Assembly: GCA_045638445.1 (NCBI GenBank)
Contig: JAZUBJ010000048.1
Coordinates: 1-38,286 of the forward strand
DNA length: 38,286 bases
Source: Bacilli bacterium
GTDB lineage: Bacteria > Bacillota_I > Bacilli_A > RF39 > UBA660
Direction: 5' to 3'
Part shown: piece by piece, positions 9,790-19,663 of the stretch
How the letters are laid out: every line of letters starts with the position of its first letter
How positions within the stretch are numbered: the stretch's first letter is position 1
Notes under the pieces: model-generated
The model's input: the letters and a program-made list of their open reading frames with translations, nothing else
Told to the model about the DNA's origin: nothing
Database searches by the model: none
Program-made: the position numbers and the translations under genes

Positions 9790-11288
9790 CCTCTATGACC
9801 TCCAATCTGAGAATTTCTATCAATAGTAGTTCCACCTTCTTCAAAATTCATTCCTTTTAATATTGAATTTTTTCCATATTTATTTTTTATATTAAGTAAA
9901 ACATTTTGAAGAATTATTTCATCTTTCTCATCTTCCAAACTTTTTTCTTTTTGATTTACTTTTGTACTATTATCAGAAAACAAATCTAGTTGTTCTACTA
10001 TAGGTTTCTTTTCAACATAATCTTCATCTACTAAATTACATACACACATATTAATTCTACGAGTCAATAAATCTTTATTAATAATTCTATCAAATAAAAT
10101 AATCATATTATCTACTATAACTTTAGATGAAGATGTTTTATGATCTATATTAATAGTACCATGAGCATGTTTAGGAACATTTCTTCCATAATGATCAGTT
10201 GTAATTTCACCATGATACTTACGTCTTATTTCAGGATTAGTTAAATTTTCAATATCATACCCTACTGTTAACACTAACTGATCACATTTAAGTTTTTTAC
10301 TTACTAAATCAAGCGCTATTAAATCAGCCATTTCTTTAATAATTAATTTTGTTTTTTCATAATTATAAGGACAATGTAAAACTTGCCCAGAACAAATGCT
10401 TTTTCTTTCAACCTTTATATTTTTAACATCTTTTATAGTACAAGGTTCATATCCCCACGCATGATCAATTAAAAGTTCTGCATTAATACCAAATAATTTA
10501 AAAAGTTTATCTTCATTTTCAATAGAACACTTGCATACATCACCCATCGTATACATATGATTTTCTTCAAGTTTACGAGCAATCCCTTTTCCTACTCTCC
10601 AAAAAGAAGTAAGAGGTTTATGATCCCATAATTTTTCTCTATAACTCATTTCATTAAGTTCAGCAATTCTAACACCATACTCATCTGCTTCACAATGTTT
10701 AGCAACTATATCCATAGCAACTTTAGCCAAATACATATTACTTCCAATACCACCAGTAGCAGTAATACCAGTTGTTTTATACACATCATGAATTATCATA
10801 GTAATTAATTCTCTAGGTGTTTTATTATAATATTTTAAATAATCAGTAATATCTAAAAATACCTCATCTATAGAATAAACATACATATCTTCATTAGATA
10901 TATATTTTAAATAAGTATTATATATTTTAGTACTATATTTCATATAATATGCCATTCTAGGAGGTGCAACAATATAATCAACTTCTAAACTTAAATTATT
11001 TTTTAATTCTTCATCATTAAAAGATTTACCACTAAAAACTCTATAATTATTTTCTTTTTTTCTTTTATAATTAACTTCTTTAATTTTTTGAACAACTTCA
11101 AATAATCTTGCTCTTCCACCTAAACCATATTGTTTAAGAGTTGGTGTAATAGCTAAACATACAGTTTTTTCAGTTCTTGATCCATCAGCAACAATCAAAT
11201 TTGTCTTCATAGGGTCAAGCCCTCGCTCCCTACACTCTACAGAAGCATAAAAACTTTTTAAATCAATACATGCATAAACTCTATTCAT
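9786..11288 (-). CDS. Y-family translesion DNA polymerase (UmuC/PolY2-like)
   Basis: CIDLKSFYASVEC, YSIDEVFLD, LAKVAMD and C-terminal QIGGH motifs. Start at 11288 gives proper spacing from the GGAGGT RBS. Confidence 0.92.
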   Translation of the reverse strand: MNRVYACIDLKSFYASVECRERGLDPMKTNLIVADGSRTEKTVCLAITPTLKQYGLGGRARLFEVVQKIKEVNYKRKKENNYRVFSGKSFNDEELKNNLSLEVDYIVAPPRMAYYMKYSTKIYNTYLKYISNEDMYVYSIDEVFLDITDYLKYYNKTPRELITMIIHDVYKTTGITATGGIGSNMYLAKVAMDIVAKHCEADEYGVRIAELNEMSYREKLWDHKPLTSFWRVGKGIARKLEENHMYTMGDVCKCSIENEDKLFKLFGINAELLIDHAWGYEPCTIKDVKNIKVERKSICSGQVLHCPYNYEKTKLIIKEMADLIALDLVSKKLKCDQLVLTVGYDIENLTNPEIRRKYHGEITTDHYGRNVPKHAHGTINIDHKTSSSKVIVDNMIILFDRIINKDLLTRRINMCVCNLVDEDYVEKKPIVEQLDLFSDNSTKVNQKEKSLEDEKDEIILQNVLLNIKNKYGKNSILKGMNFEEGGTTIDRNSQIGGHRG

Positions 11289-11307
11289 TTTCATACCTCC
11301 TAAAAAC

Positions 11308-11335
11308 ATTATAGCACAAAACAAACAACTTTTCG
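11308..11335 (-). promoter_or_regulatory. Extended -10 promoter with a possible degenerate LexA box
   Basis: TG-C-TATAAT at 11308-11316 and CGAAAAGTTGTTTG at 11322-11335 (Firmicutes consensus GAAC-N4-GTTC/T). Confidence 0.5.
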
Positions 11336-11354
11336 ATAAATAAAAAGAGCAAAT

Positions 11355-11798
11355 TTACTTTGCTCTTACTTTCTTATACGGTTTAAATAAAATATATAAA
11401 ATATATATAAACGGAATAATTATTGATAATAGTGATAAACCAAGCATAAAAAATAAATACTCATCTCCCCCAACTATGCAATTCCAACAATATTCATGAA
11501 GACCAGAAAGTTCTAAATGAGTAATAAAGAAATAAAATAGAATTGACATAACAAGCCAATTAACAAGAAAAACAGAATGAAATTTAATATTATCAATATT
11601 AACTTTATCAACCCATCTACTAAATACAAAGAAATAAAAAATTAAAAAAACAAAATACAATATACAAGAAGCAATCATTAAATTTTTAATTTCAAATTTA
11701 ATAATTTCCTTAAATATAATAAATAACGCCCAAACTATCAATTGAAGCACTACATCACAAATAGTAACTTTAATAAATTTTTTAAATTTAGTATTCAT
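11355..11798 (-). CDS. Hypothetical 4-TM membrane protein
   Basis: 147 aa with four hydrophobic segments. Confidence 0.7.
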   Translation of the reverse strand: MNTKFKKFIKVTICDVVLQLIVWALFIIFKEIIKFEIKNLMIASCILYFVFLIFYFFVFSRWVDKVNIDNIKFHSVFLVNWLVMSILFYFFITHLELSGLHEYCWNCIVGGDEYLFFMLGLSLLSIIIPFIYILYILFKPYKKVRAK

Positions 11799-11836
11799 AA
11801 CTTCACCACACTACTATATAAATTATAACATAAGTT

Positions 11837-12280
11837 CTATCTTTTTAATAATCTAATTGCTTCATATGCATTTTCACGTGTTAAACCACGATAAGGATCA
11901 GTTCTAACTAAATAACCATTTAACTCATTCATATAAGAATCATCAAGTATAACAAAATTACATGATATACCATTTAAAAAATCTTTTATTTCACTTTCTT
12001 TATTGCAAGAAATATTAGTCATAGCAATAACCCTATCAAATAAGTTGTATTGTATTAACTTATCTTTTAATACTTCCATATGATCATTATATTTTCTCCA
12101 TGAAGAACTTATAACAATGTATGAATTAGTTTCATCAATTATATATTTTAAATATTTCATACATTCTTCATCAAAAGGAAAATCTTTTCCTGAATGTCTT
12201 TTCCCAGTCAACATATATACTTCTTTAGATTTTCTATATGAATTTAAAACATAATCAACATCTAAAAAAATAAGTCTCAT
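11837..12280 (-). CDS. HAD-superfamily protein (HAD_SAK_2-like)
   Basis: IFLDVDYVLN, IVISSSWR and FVILDD motifs. Confidence 0.85.
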   Translation of the reverse strand: MRLIFLDVDYVLNSYRKSKEVYMLTGKRHSGKDFPFDEECMKYLKYIIDETNSYIVISSSWRKYNDHMEVLKDKLIQYNLFDRVIAMTNISCNKESEIKDFLNGISCNFVILDDSYMNELNGYLVRTDPYRGLTRENAYEAIRLLKR

Positions 12281-12816
12281 TTTCTTTTCCTTCTTTGTAC
12301 ATTCTCATCTTCATAAGTAATATTATATACATAATCAACTTCAATTCTTTCATAAGCAACACAAAAAAATTCTCTTTCTTCACTAGTCAATTCAGAGTGT
12401 AAAAAATAATAATCTACATTAGTATTATTAATATAATCACGAGTTACTTCCATAAGAATATTTTTATCACCTAATTTGTTTAATATATATACTTTACAAT
12501 TAGGATTTCTACTAAACATACATGATTTATCAAATAAATGATAAACATCAACAAATCTTTTTTCTTCAAAACAATTTACAACAAACTGATTATTAGAAGA
12601 ATTAAATAAATACTTCATATTATCATATTTTAATTTAGAACACACTTTTTGTACTTGAGAAATACTCATTCCCTCAAATTTTAAAACAAAAGGTAACTTT
12701 AATTTAGATTTCAATTTATTTATAGTTATTTCATTTACCTCGTATTCTTGGTTTTCAAAATTATAATAATATCTTTTCCCATTTCTAAAAAAATAAACTT
12801 CCATAAAACCCTCCAA
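12277..12816 (-). CDS. Hypothetical protein
   Basis: ORF with GGAGGG RBS (likely start 12804, MEVYFF); ATGA overlap with the HAD gene. Confidence 0.7.
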   Translation of the reverse strand: MEGFMEVYFFRNGKRYYYNFENQEYEVNEITINKLKSKLKLPFVLKFEGMSISQVQKVCSKLKYDNMKYLFNSSNNQFVVNCFEEKRFVDVYHLFDKSCMFSRNPNCKVYILNKLGDKNILMEVTRDYINNTNVDYYFLHSELTSEEREFFCVAYERIEVDYVYNITYEDENVQRRKRK

Positions 12817-12856
12817 AGTAAAATTTATTATATAATAAAAAAGTAGATTATAACAC

Positions 12857-14674
12857 CTACTTTTTAAAAAATTTATTAATAATTTTATTTAATTCAATTA
12901 TATCTATAGGTTTAGATATATATTCATCAAAACCTTGATTAATATAGTATTCATGACCACCAGTAACAGAGTTAGCTGTAAAAATAACTATCTTAGGTAA
13001 ATTATAATTTTCAAGGCTTTTTAACGCTTTTAAGACTTCTAAACCATTCATTCCTGGCATTTTATAGTCTAGCAGTAACATATCATAATTTTTTCCACTC
13101 TTTATTTTTTCAATACACTCAAATGGATCAGTAACATAATCAATTTTAAAATTATATCTTTTTAAAATTGCCTTTGTAACTTTAATATCCAAGTTATCAT
13201 CATCACATATAAGAATTTTATGTTCACTACAGTCAATAAAATTAATAATATCATCATTTTTATCAGCATTCTTATCTTCTAAAATAATCTTATTACCAAC
13301 TTTTCTTTGAGGTATATCTATATAAACAGTAGTACCTGCTTTATACACACTTTGAATTCTTAGATTACCATTAATTGATTCAACAATTTTTTTACACATA
13401 ACAAGTCCTTGCTTAGAAGAATCATTACCATCAAAAATAGAATCTAAATTTTCCTCTTTTATACCACAACCAGTATCTTGAATAATAAAATGAAGAATTT
13501 GTAAATCCTTATCATTTGTAACATTGACATTAAATACAACTTTTCCAATATCAGTATGAATACAAGCATTAGTAACAATATTTAATAACACACTTTGAAT
13601 TTTAGTAACATCACCAAATAATCTAGAACTAATATTATCATCAATATTCATTTCAAACCTTACTTGTTTTGAACCTATTCTAGAAGTAGCAACAGTCTCT
13701 ATTTTTTTAAATATTTCATAAGAAGAATATTCCTTCTCATTAACAAAATTACCATCTTCATTCATATTAGATAAATCTAAAATACTATCGATAGAATCAA
13801 GTAATGTATTACCGGCATATTTTATACTCTTTAAATCTCTAAATATTTCATCTTTATTTTCAATACACATATTAGACAACGACTGACTTAAAGAAACAAT
13901 TGCATTCATAGGATTAATTAAATCATATGATAAATTATATAAAAACTCATTTTTTACATTAGCAGTTTTATCTATCTTATTTTTAATTATTGAAACCTCC
14001 CTAAGTAATGCAATATCAGGATTTTCAATATTATAATATAATATCAACAAAATTATCATAGTAATAAAAGGCATAAAAGATATATATATGTACCTTGATT
14101 GAAAGAAAAAAGTTATCAATAATAATATTAATATTAATACAAATGTATTTAAAATATATTTTCTTTCTTTTCTAAATTTAACACCATAAAATAAACCAAC
14201 AAGACAACAAGAAAAAGTAACAATCATAGTTCCAATAAATCCGTTACCACCAGTAAAATCAGGCTCATCAAACACAAATCCAGGAAATTCACCACCACTA
14301 ATAGAAAAAACTAATATTAACATTAGCAAAAAAACTGATATTAAAACACCAACTCTTTTAAAATAATAAAATAAACTTTTATATTCTTTTCTATTTATTA
14401 ATACATTTAAATACCATCCAAACACAAATATATATATATATATAATACCATTTCTTACATTCCAAATAATTCTCACTAATTCACTCATATTGCCAAGTTC
14501 TTTAAGTATAAATATAAATGCAACATCAAATAATCCATACAACATAGATGACATAATTAAACCAACAAAAAATTTTGATTGAGTTGTTTTAGAACGTCTC
14601 TTAGTAAAATAAGTACAAAGCATCATAATTGTTAAAACCATACCAAGTATTGAAAATATTAAATTATATATCAT
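12857..14674 (-). CDS. Membrane hybrid histidine kinase-like protein lacking the phosphoacceptor His, with intact receiver
   Basis: About 7 TM; H-box reads LSYDLINPMNAI; N box NIVTNA; G1 DTGCG; REC has DD, LLDYKMP, T and KP. Confidence 0.85.
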   Translation of the reverse strand: MIYNLIFSILGMVLTIMMLCTYFTKRRSKTTQSKFFVGLIMSSMLYGLFDVAFIFILKELGNMSELVRIIWNVRNGIIYIYIFVFGWYLNVLINRKEYKSLFYYFKRVGVLISVFLLMLILVFSISGGEFPGFVFDEPDFTGGNGFIGTMIVTFSCCLVGLFYGVKFRKERKYILNTFVLILILLLITFFFQSRYIYISFMPFITMIILLILYYNIENPDIALLREVSIIKNKIDKTANVKNEFLYNLSYDLINPMNAIVSLSQSLSNMCIENKDEIFRDLKSIKYAGNTLLDSIDSILDLSNMNEDGNFVNEKEYSSYEIFKKIETVATSRIGSKQVRFEMNIDDNISSRLFGDVTKIQSVLLNIVTNACIHTDIGKVVFNVNVTNDKDLQILHFIIQDTGCGIKEENLDSIFDGNDSSKQGLVMCKKIVESINGNLRIQSVYKAGTTVYIDIPQRKVGNKIILEDKNADKNDDIINFIDCSEHKILICDDDNLDIKVTKAILKRYNFKIDYVTDPFECIEKIKSGKNYDMLLLDYKMPGMNGLEVLKALKSLENYNLPKIVIFTANSVTGGHEYYINQGFDEYISKPIDIIELNKIINKFFKK

Positions 14675-16524
14675 CTTTTCTCACCATCCAATACTTTATT
14701 TAAAACATTCCTTAAAAGTCTAGACTCTATAGGACACATAATATGATCAACATAAACATTTTCTTCCCAAAAAGTATCTGAAACAGATGTAAGTGCAATA
14801 ACAGGAGGAACTTTGATTCCTGACTCACTTATCTTTTTAACAAAATCAACTCCACTCATTTCCATCATATCATGATTTACAAAAATAAAATCGTATGTTG
14901 TATAACTAACTTTAGAAATAGCATCTAAAGGACTAATAATATTTTCTACGTTTAAATTATATTGCTTTAACATACGATTAAGAACTATAGTATTAATACC
15001 AGTATCATCTACAATCAAACACTTTTTATCGGAAATATCTAAAACTACTGAATTTCGTGTTTGTATTTTAGAAATGATATCACCAATCTTCTCATCATTT
15101 AAAACTTTTTGTTCAATTTTAATAATAAATTCTTCACCATTTGAAGAACTAACAAATTCAACACTACCATTAAGTAAATCAAGTAAACCCTTAACAATTA
15201 TTATTTTAATAATATCAACATCTATACCATTCTTACTATTAAAAATAAAACTTAATAATTCTTCAAAATTTTTATTAAAAAAATCATCATTTAAAAATCG
15301 AGCATTGTTTTTTATATGAAAAACATATTCATAAACATCATCATTTTTCAAACAAGAAGTAACATCTAAACTAATCTTTCCCCTATTAGAATGTTTAACT
15401 GAATAAGCAAGTAATATATTTAAAATTTTATCTATTTTATAGTCATCACCATTTAAACAATTATGAATATTTTCATCAACATTAATAAAAAACATTAACC
15501 CTTCTTTATCTATTAATCCATTAACATTACTACTAATATCAAAAATAATTGATTCTAATTTATAATCCTGATTATTTAACTTTTCTTTTTTAGAATCTAA
15601 TTTAGAAATATCAAGAATACTACTTACTAATTCATATAATTTTTTTGAAGCTTCTTCTATATCATTAATGCCTTCATCATATTCACTTTGAACAAATGAG
15701 TCAGAGGATAAAAGCATATCAGTAAAACCTAAAATAGTATTCATTGGAGCTCTAAGTTGATGAGACATATTAGTTATAAATTCACTTTTCGCATGATTTA
15801 ACTCTTCAGATTTTTTATTAGAATTATAAAATTCTTCTAAAAGAGAACTATCTTGACTTTCAATAGAAAAATATAAAAACATAATTACAACTGTATATAA
15901 AAAACAAACATCATTAATAAGCATAATACCACTTACACCTGTAAGAATTGAGATTAAACAAATAACAACAGATAATAAACCTAAAACACGAGTATTAAAA
16001 TCAACTTTTTTTCTATATACAATTATACTAACAATACTATATAAAATCGTTATACCACCCATCACAATCATAAAATATTTTAAAGGACCATCTAGTATAA
16101 ATAAATGTCCATCATTTAAACGAGTAATTTTAAATTCTAAAAAGACAGAACATAGTATATTTATAAGAACTAATATTCCACCAAGAACATAGCTTATTAT
16201 ATTATGTTCACGATAAAATTTTTCATTTTCCTCATCACTTTTAAATACAATAGCCATATAAAATACAAGTAAATAATCCCAACATACAAGAACAAAACAC
16301 AATATTTTTCCAAACAAAATTGCATTATCTGATAAACTAGTAGCTAAAAAACTCCATATAGTAAACATCATAATACATAACATTGTACAAGCAAGTAAAG
16401 CAAAAAATACTTTACCAGGAATTCTATGTGTTCTACCCTTCAAAAAGAACATTATAAGTATTATCAAAATATAAACGAAACAAACAATATTAATACAATT
16501 TGTAACAAAGAAATCACTCGCCAT
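14671..16524 (-). CDS. Membrane hybrid histidine kinase-like protein with H-box His, degenerate ATPase and pseudo-receiver
   Basis: About 7 TM; H-box MSHQLRAPMN; no N/G1/G2 consensus; REC has FVNHDM (D>N) and IMCPI (K>C). Start at 16524 follows a GAGGTG RBS. Confidence 0.85.
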   Translation of the reverse strand: MASDFFVTNCINIVCFVYILIILIMFFLKGRTHRIPGKVFFALLACTMLCIMMFTIWSFLATSLSDNAILFGKILCFVLVCWDYLLVFYMAIVFKSDEENEKFYREHNIISYVLGGILVLINILCSVFLEFKITRLNDGHLFILDGPLKYFMIVMGGITILYSIVSIIVYRKKVDFNTRVLGLLSVVICLISILTGVSGIMLINDVCFLYTVVIMFLYFSIESQDSSLLEEFYNSNKKSEELNHAKSEFITNMSHQLRAPMNTILGFTDMLLSSDSFVQSEYDEGINDIEEASKKLYELVSSILDISKLDSKKEKLNNQDYKLESIIFDISSNVNGLIDKEGLMFFINVDENIHNCLNGDDYKIDKILNILLAYSVKHSNRGKISLDVTSCLKNDDVYEYVFHIKNNARFLNDDFFNKNFEELLSFIFNSKNGIDVDIIKIIIVKGLLDLLNGSVEFVSSSNGEEFIIKIEQKVLNDEKIGDIISKIQTRNSVVLDISDKKCLIVDDTGINTIVLNRMLKQYNLNVENIISPLDAISKVSYTTYDFIFVNHDMMEMSGVDFVKKISESGIKVPPVIALTSVSDTFWEENVYVDHIMCPIESRLLRNVLNKVLDGEKR

Positions 16525-16634
16525 ATAAAACACCTCTCTACTATTTTCATTTTATCATATATAACAAAATAAAACATCAAAAACTTATAATTATATAAAT
16601 GAAAATTCAAATAAAAAATAAGATTTTTATAATC

Positions 16635-17729
16635 TTATTTCTTTATTCTTTCAAGAATATAATCATCAGTAAATTCAGAATTTAAAATAACTTCTTTATG
16701 CTTTTCTATATCAGCACCATCTACATCAGTCATAAAATAATAATTCATATCAGGATTTCCACTTTTTATAACAATTTCTCCCATTTTTTTCTTATCTACC
16801 CAATCAATATTAGCAGCCATCATATAACACAATTCATCTTCACCAAGAGATATAACTAAATTTTGAATTTCGTCGCATAATTGTTTATCTTTTTCATAAT
16901 CAAGTACTGAAAAAACATTTATAATTTGATCAATTGAAATTTCTTCATATAAATTTTCTACATTTGGTAAATTTCTCAGATATTCTAAAACTATTTCAAG
17001 AGCAGTATTTTGTATTCCTTTTCCATTATTTACATTATTAAAAACACTTATCAACATGTCAGCCTCTTCTTCATATGTTTCAATTTCATTATAATATCTA
17101 TCTGGATCTAATACAGAATTTAATTTTAAAGTTGTTATAAATACTCTAATTTTCTCTAAAAGATTTTTAATTTTTATCTTTTCTAATAAAGAATACACTA
17201 TATAATCAAAATACTCATCATCACACGACAAATCCTTGCTTTGATAACTTAATAAATATTTTATATCATCTTTTATATTATTAGCATTCTTTTTAGTTTT
17301 TCTACCAAAAGGATAAACCGGATAAATTTCACCTTCTTTAATTAATTCTTTTACCTCTTCAATTGTATATTCTTCTTTTAATGGAGTAAATTTATTTGAA
17401 AAAGCTTTTATCATTCTTTGATAATTTTGAGTCCACCAACTAAAGTCACGACCATGTCCCTCAGAACCAGAATCTATTGTTACTTTATCAATAGGAATTT
17501 CAATTATCTTATAAAATTTTCTTTCATATTTTCTATTTACATATTCTAAGTAATCATATATTTCAATTTCCATATCATAAAAATGACATATTAATTTGTA
17601 TAAATCTTTTGTATTCATTAATTCTTTATTATTCATAAAATCAATTGATAATTTTACTAAATTTAATACTTCCTTCTTTTTACAATCAAAATAATATTCA
17701 TAACTATATGTTTTTTCTTTAAGTTCCAT
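16635..17729 (-). CDS. Hypothetical cytoplasmic protein
   Basis: Long ORF; start at 17729 follows an AGGGGA RBS; no recognised motif. Confidence 0.75.
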   Translation of the reverse strand: MELKEKTYSYEYYFDCKKKEVLNLVKLSIDFMNNKELMNTKDLYKLICHFYDMEIEIYDYLEYVNRKYERKFYKIIEIPIDKVTIDSGSEGHGRDFSWWTQNYQRMIKAFSNKFTPLKEEYTIEEVKELIKEGEIYPVYPFGRKTKKNANNIKDDIKYLLSYQSKDLSCDDEYFDYIVYSLLEKIKIKNLLEKIRVFITTLKLNSVLDPDRYYNEIETYEEEADMLISVFNNVNNGKGIQNTALEIVLEYLRNLPNVENLYEEISIDQIINVFSVLDYEKDKQLCDEIQNLVISLGEDELCYMMAANIDWVDKKKMGEIVIKSGNPDMNYYFMTDVDGADIEKHKEVILNSEFTDDYILERIKK

Positions 17730-17786
17730 TTTTATATCCCCTACATTCACGAGTTCATGAATGCGATGTATATTATACCACTTCTT

Positions 17787-18734
17787 TTATTCTATATCAA
17801 ATTCAACTGAAAAATACTCACGTACATATGGACTAAGAACAATTGATTTAACAATTCTATAATGACCTTTATCAAGTGATCCATATAACCATTTCCAATT
17901 AACTTTCATCTCACGACCATTTTCATCGGTAAAATACCCTATCAAATTCCATCCATAATTATCTTTTAAAACAATTTCAGAATGCTTCCACTGACCATCA
18001 ACATATTCATCAATTCGATATTCTTCGCCATACACACTCTTCTCTTCACCAATATCACGAACAATAATAGTACATCCATCTTTAGTAAGAGTACCCTCTT
18101 TGATAGACATACTCATAACATCACTCTCTTCAAATTCCATAGTGGGAACATATTCATTAGGTGGAGTTAAAGGACAATTTATTTCATTATCAACAGGACA
18201 ATCAAATTTACTAAATTTTGATAAAACTATAACATTAACCATATCTTTTTCTTTAACACAGTAATATGTATCAACTAAAATACCTATATCAACATAACTA
18301 TCCGCATCGGCTAAATATTCATTTCTAACACCAATTAAAGGACTATTTTTAAATATAACGGCTTGAAAAGTATCAATTAATATTATGCAAATAATAGTTA
18401 AAAAGATAATTTTTATTGTTTTAATTTTACTTTTCATATCCTTTATTTTAGAACCAGAATAATCAATCGTTTTAATAATATTCTCTTCTAATTTTGAGTT
18501 ATATTCTTTTTTATTTAGTTTCTCACCACTTAATAACTCATTAATAGAAATATCTAACTCATCACATAAAGGCTTAATTAAACTTAAATCAGGCATACCA
18601 CGACCATTTTCCCATTTAGATATTGCTCTATCTGTTATATTTAATCTCATAGCAAGTTCTTTTTGCGTAAGTTCTTTCTCTTTTCTAAGTTCACATATAA
18701 ACTTTCCTATTTTTTCTTGATTCATACTTTTCAC
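17787..18734 (-). CDS. XRE-family HTH regulator fused to a TM helix and an extracellular Ig-like domain
   Basis: IGKFICELRKEKELTQKELA...AISKWENGRGMPD HTH, one TM, and a C-terminal W.WLYGSL.KGHYRIVK...SVEFDI domain. Confidence 0.85.
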   Translation of the reverse strand: MKSMNQEKIGKFICELRKEKELTQKELAMRLNITDRAISKWENGRGMPDLSLIKPLCDELDISINELLSGEKLNKKEYNSKLEENIIKTIDYSGSKIKDMKSKIKTIKIIFLTIICIILIDTFQAVIFKNSPLIGVRNEYLADADSYVDIGILVDTYYCVKEKDMVNVIVLSKFSKFDCPVDNEINCPLTPPNEYVPTMEFEESDVMSMSIKEGTLTKDGCTIIVRDIGEEKSVYGEEYRIDEYVDGQWKHSEIVLKDNYGWNLIGYFTDENGREMKVNWKWLYGSLDKGHYRIVKSIVLSPYVREYFSVEFDIE

Positions 18735-18787
18735 CCAAACTAATTATATAACATAGAAAACAAAAAAACACCAAACTTTCCGTAGAG

Positions 18788-19663
18788 TTAGTGTTTTTTA
18801 ATTCTCTTTAACTTACCAGGTTCACTCCACCAATCGTAGTCATAATAATCTATATAATTTAATATTAAATCCCAAGGAGCACCAAGTCTTTTTAAACTTT
18901 CAATTTGTCTTGTTAAACAATACATCTCACCACTATAACCACCAGCAGCTACATTAGGTTCTTTATTTTCATATACACTCTCTACATATAATTTGTTGTG
19001 ACAAGCTTCATGAAAAATCGCACAACAAAGATTTTCAATATATGAATCAAAATCATAAAAATTTATAACACAAGTTGGAACTTCTTGATAAGCATCGTAA
19101 TATGTATGATGAGATGATGGACAATACATAATCTTTCCTATATTTTGAATAACTACTTTATAACTCATATAATCACGTTCTTTTAATACTAATAAAGCAT
19201 CTTTTACTTTTCTAACAAATTCTCTAGTACCAACTATTTTAATTTCATGTTTATCTTCAATTTTATCATTATATTCATTTCTTACAGCCTCAATAACATC
19301 TTCAGGTGCATTCATTTTATTTAGCATTTCAAATTGAAATTGATATGACTCTATCATAGACGCTTTCCCATCATAACAACAAAACTCACCATTTTTATTT
19401 TTTCTATAATTAATACTAACTAAATAAGCATGATAAGCTTCTCTAAGTAAACAACTAGCATACAAATAAGTACTAGCTTTACTTATATTATTGCCAACAT
19501 AATAAGTAAGATCAGTATAAGGATATAAAAAAGAAATGTTATTTTTTTTAATTTTACAAATTCGCGACACAACAAACTCAAACTTTTCCCTATCAGTTTC
19601 CTTAATTAATCTCAAAGCTTTCTTAGTATTACGAATAAATTCTTTATCTCCAATTATCTCCAT
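18788..19663 (-). CDS. Tandem two-domain HExxH (zincin-like) protein, first domain degenerate
   Basis: Two internal repeats, with LLREAYH and IFHEACH...GEMYCL. Confidence 0.7.
   Translation of the reverse strand: MEIIGDKEFIRNTKKALRLIKETDREKFEFVVSRICKIKKNNISFLYPYTDLTYYVGNNISKASTYLYASCLLREAYHAYLVSINYRKNKNGEFCCYDGKASMIESYQFQFEMLNKMNAPEDVIEAVRNEYNDKIEDKHEIKIVGTREFVRKVKDALLVLKERDYMSYKVVIQNIGKIMYCPSSHHTYYDAYQEVPTCVINFYDFDSYIENLCCAIFHEACHNKLYVESVYENKEPNVAAGGYSGEMYCLTRQIESLKRLGAPWDLILNYIDYYDYDWWSEPGKLKRIKKH

Noticed and set aside
17744-17763. CATTCA-N8-TGAATG inverted repeat as an operator
   Set aside because: Only 6-bp arms and a single occurrence; could be chance.
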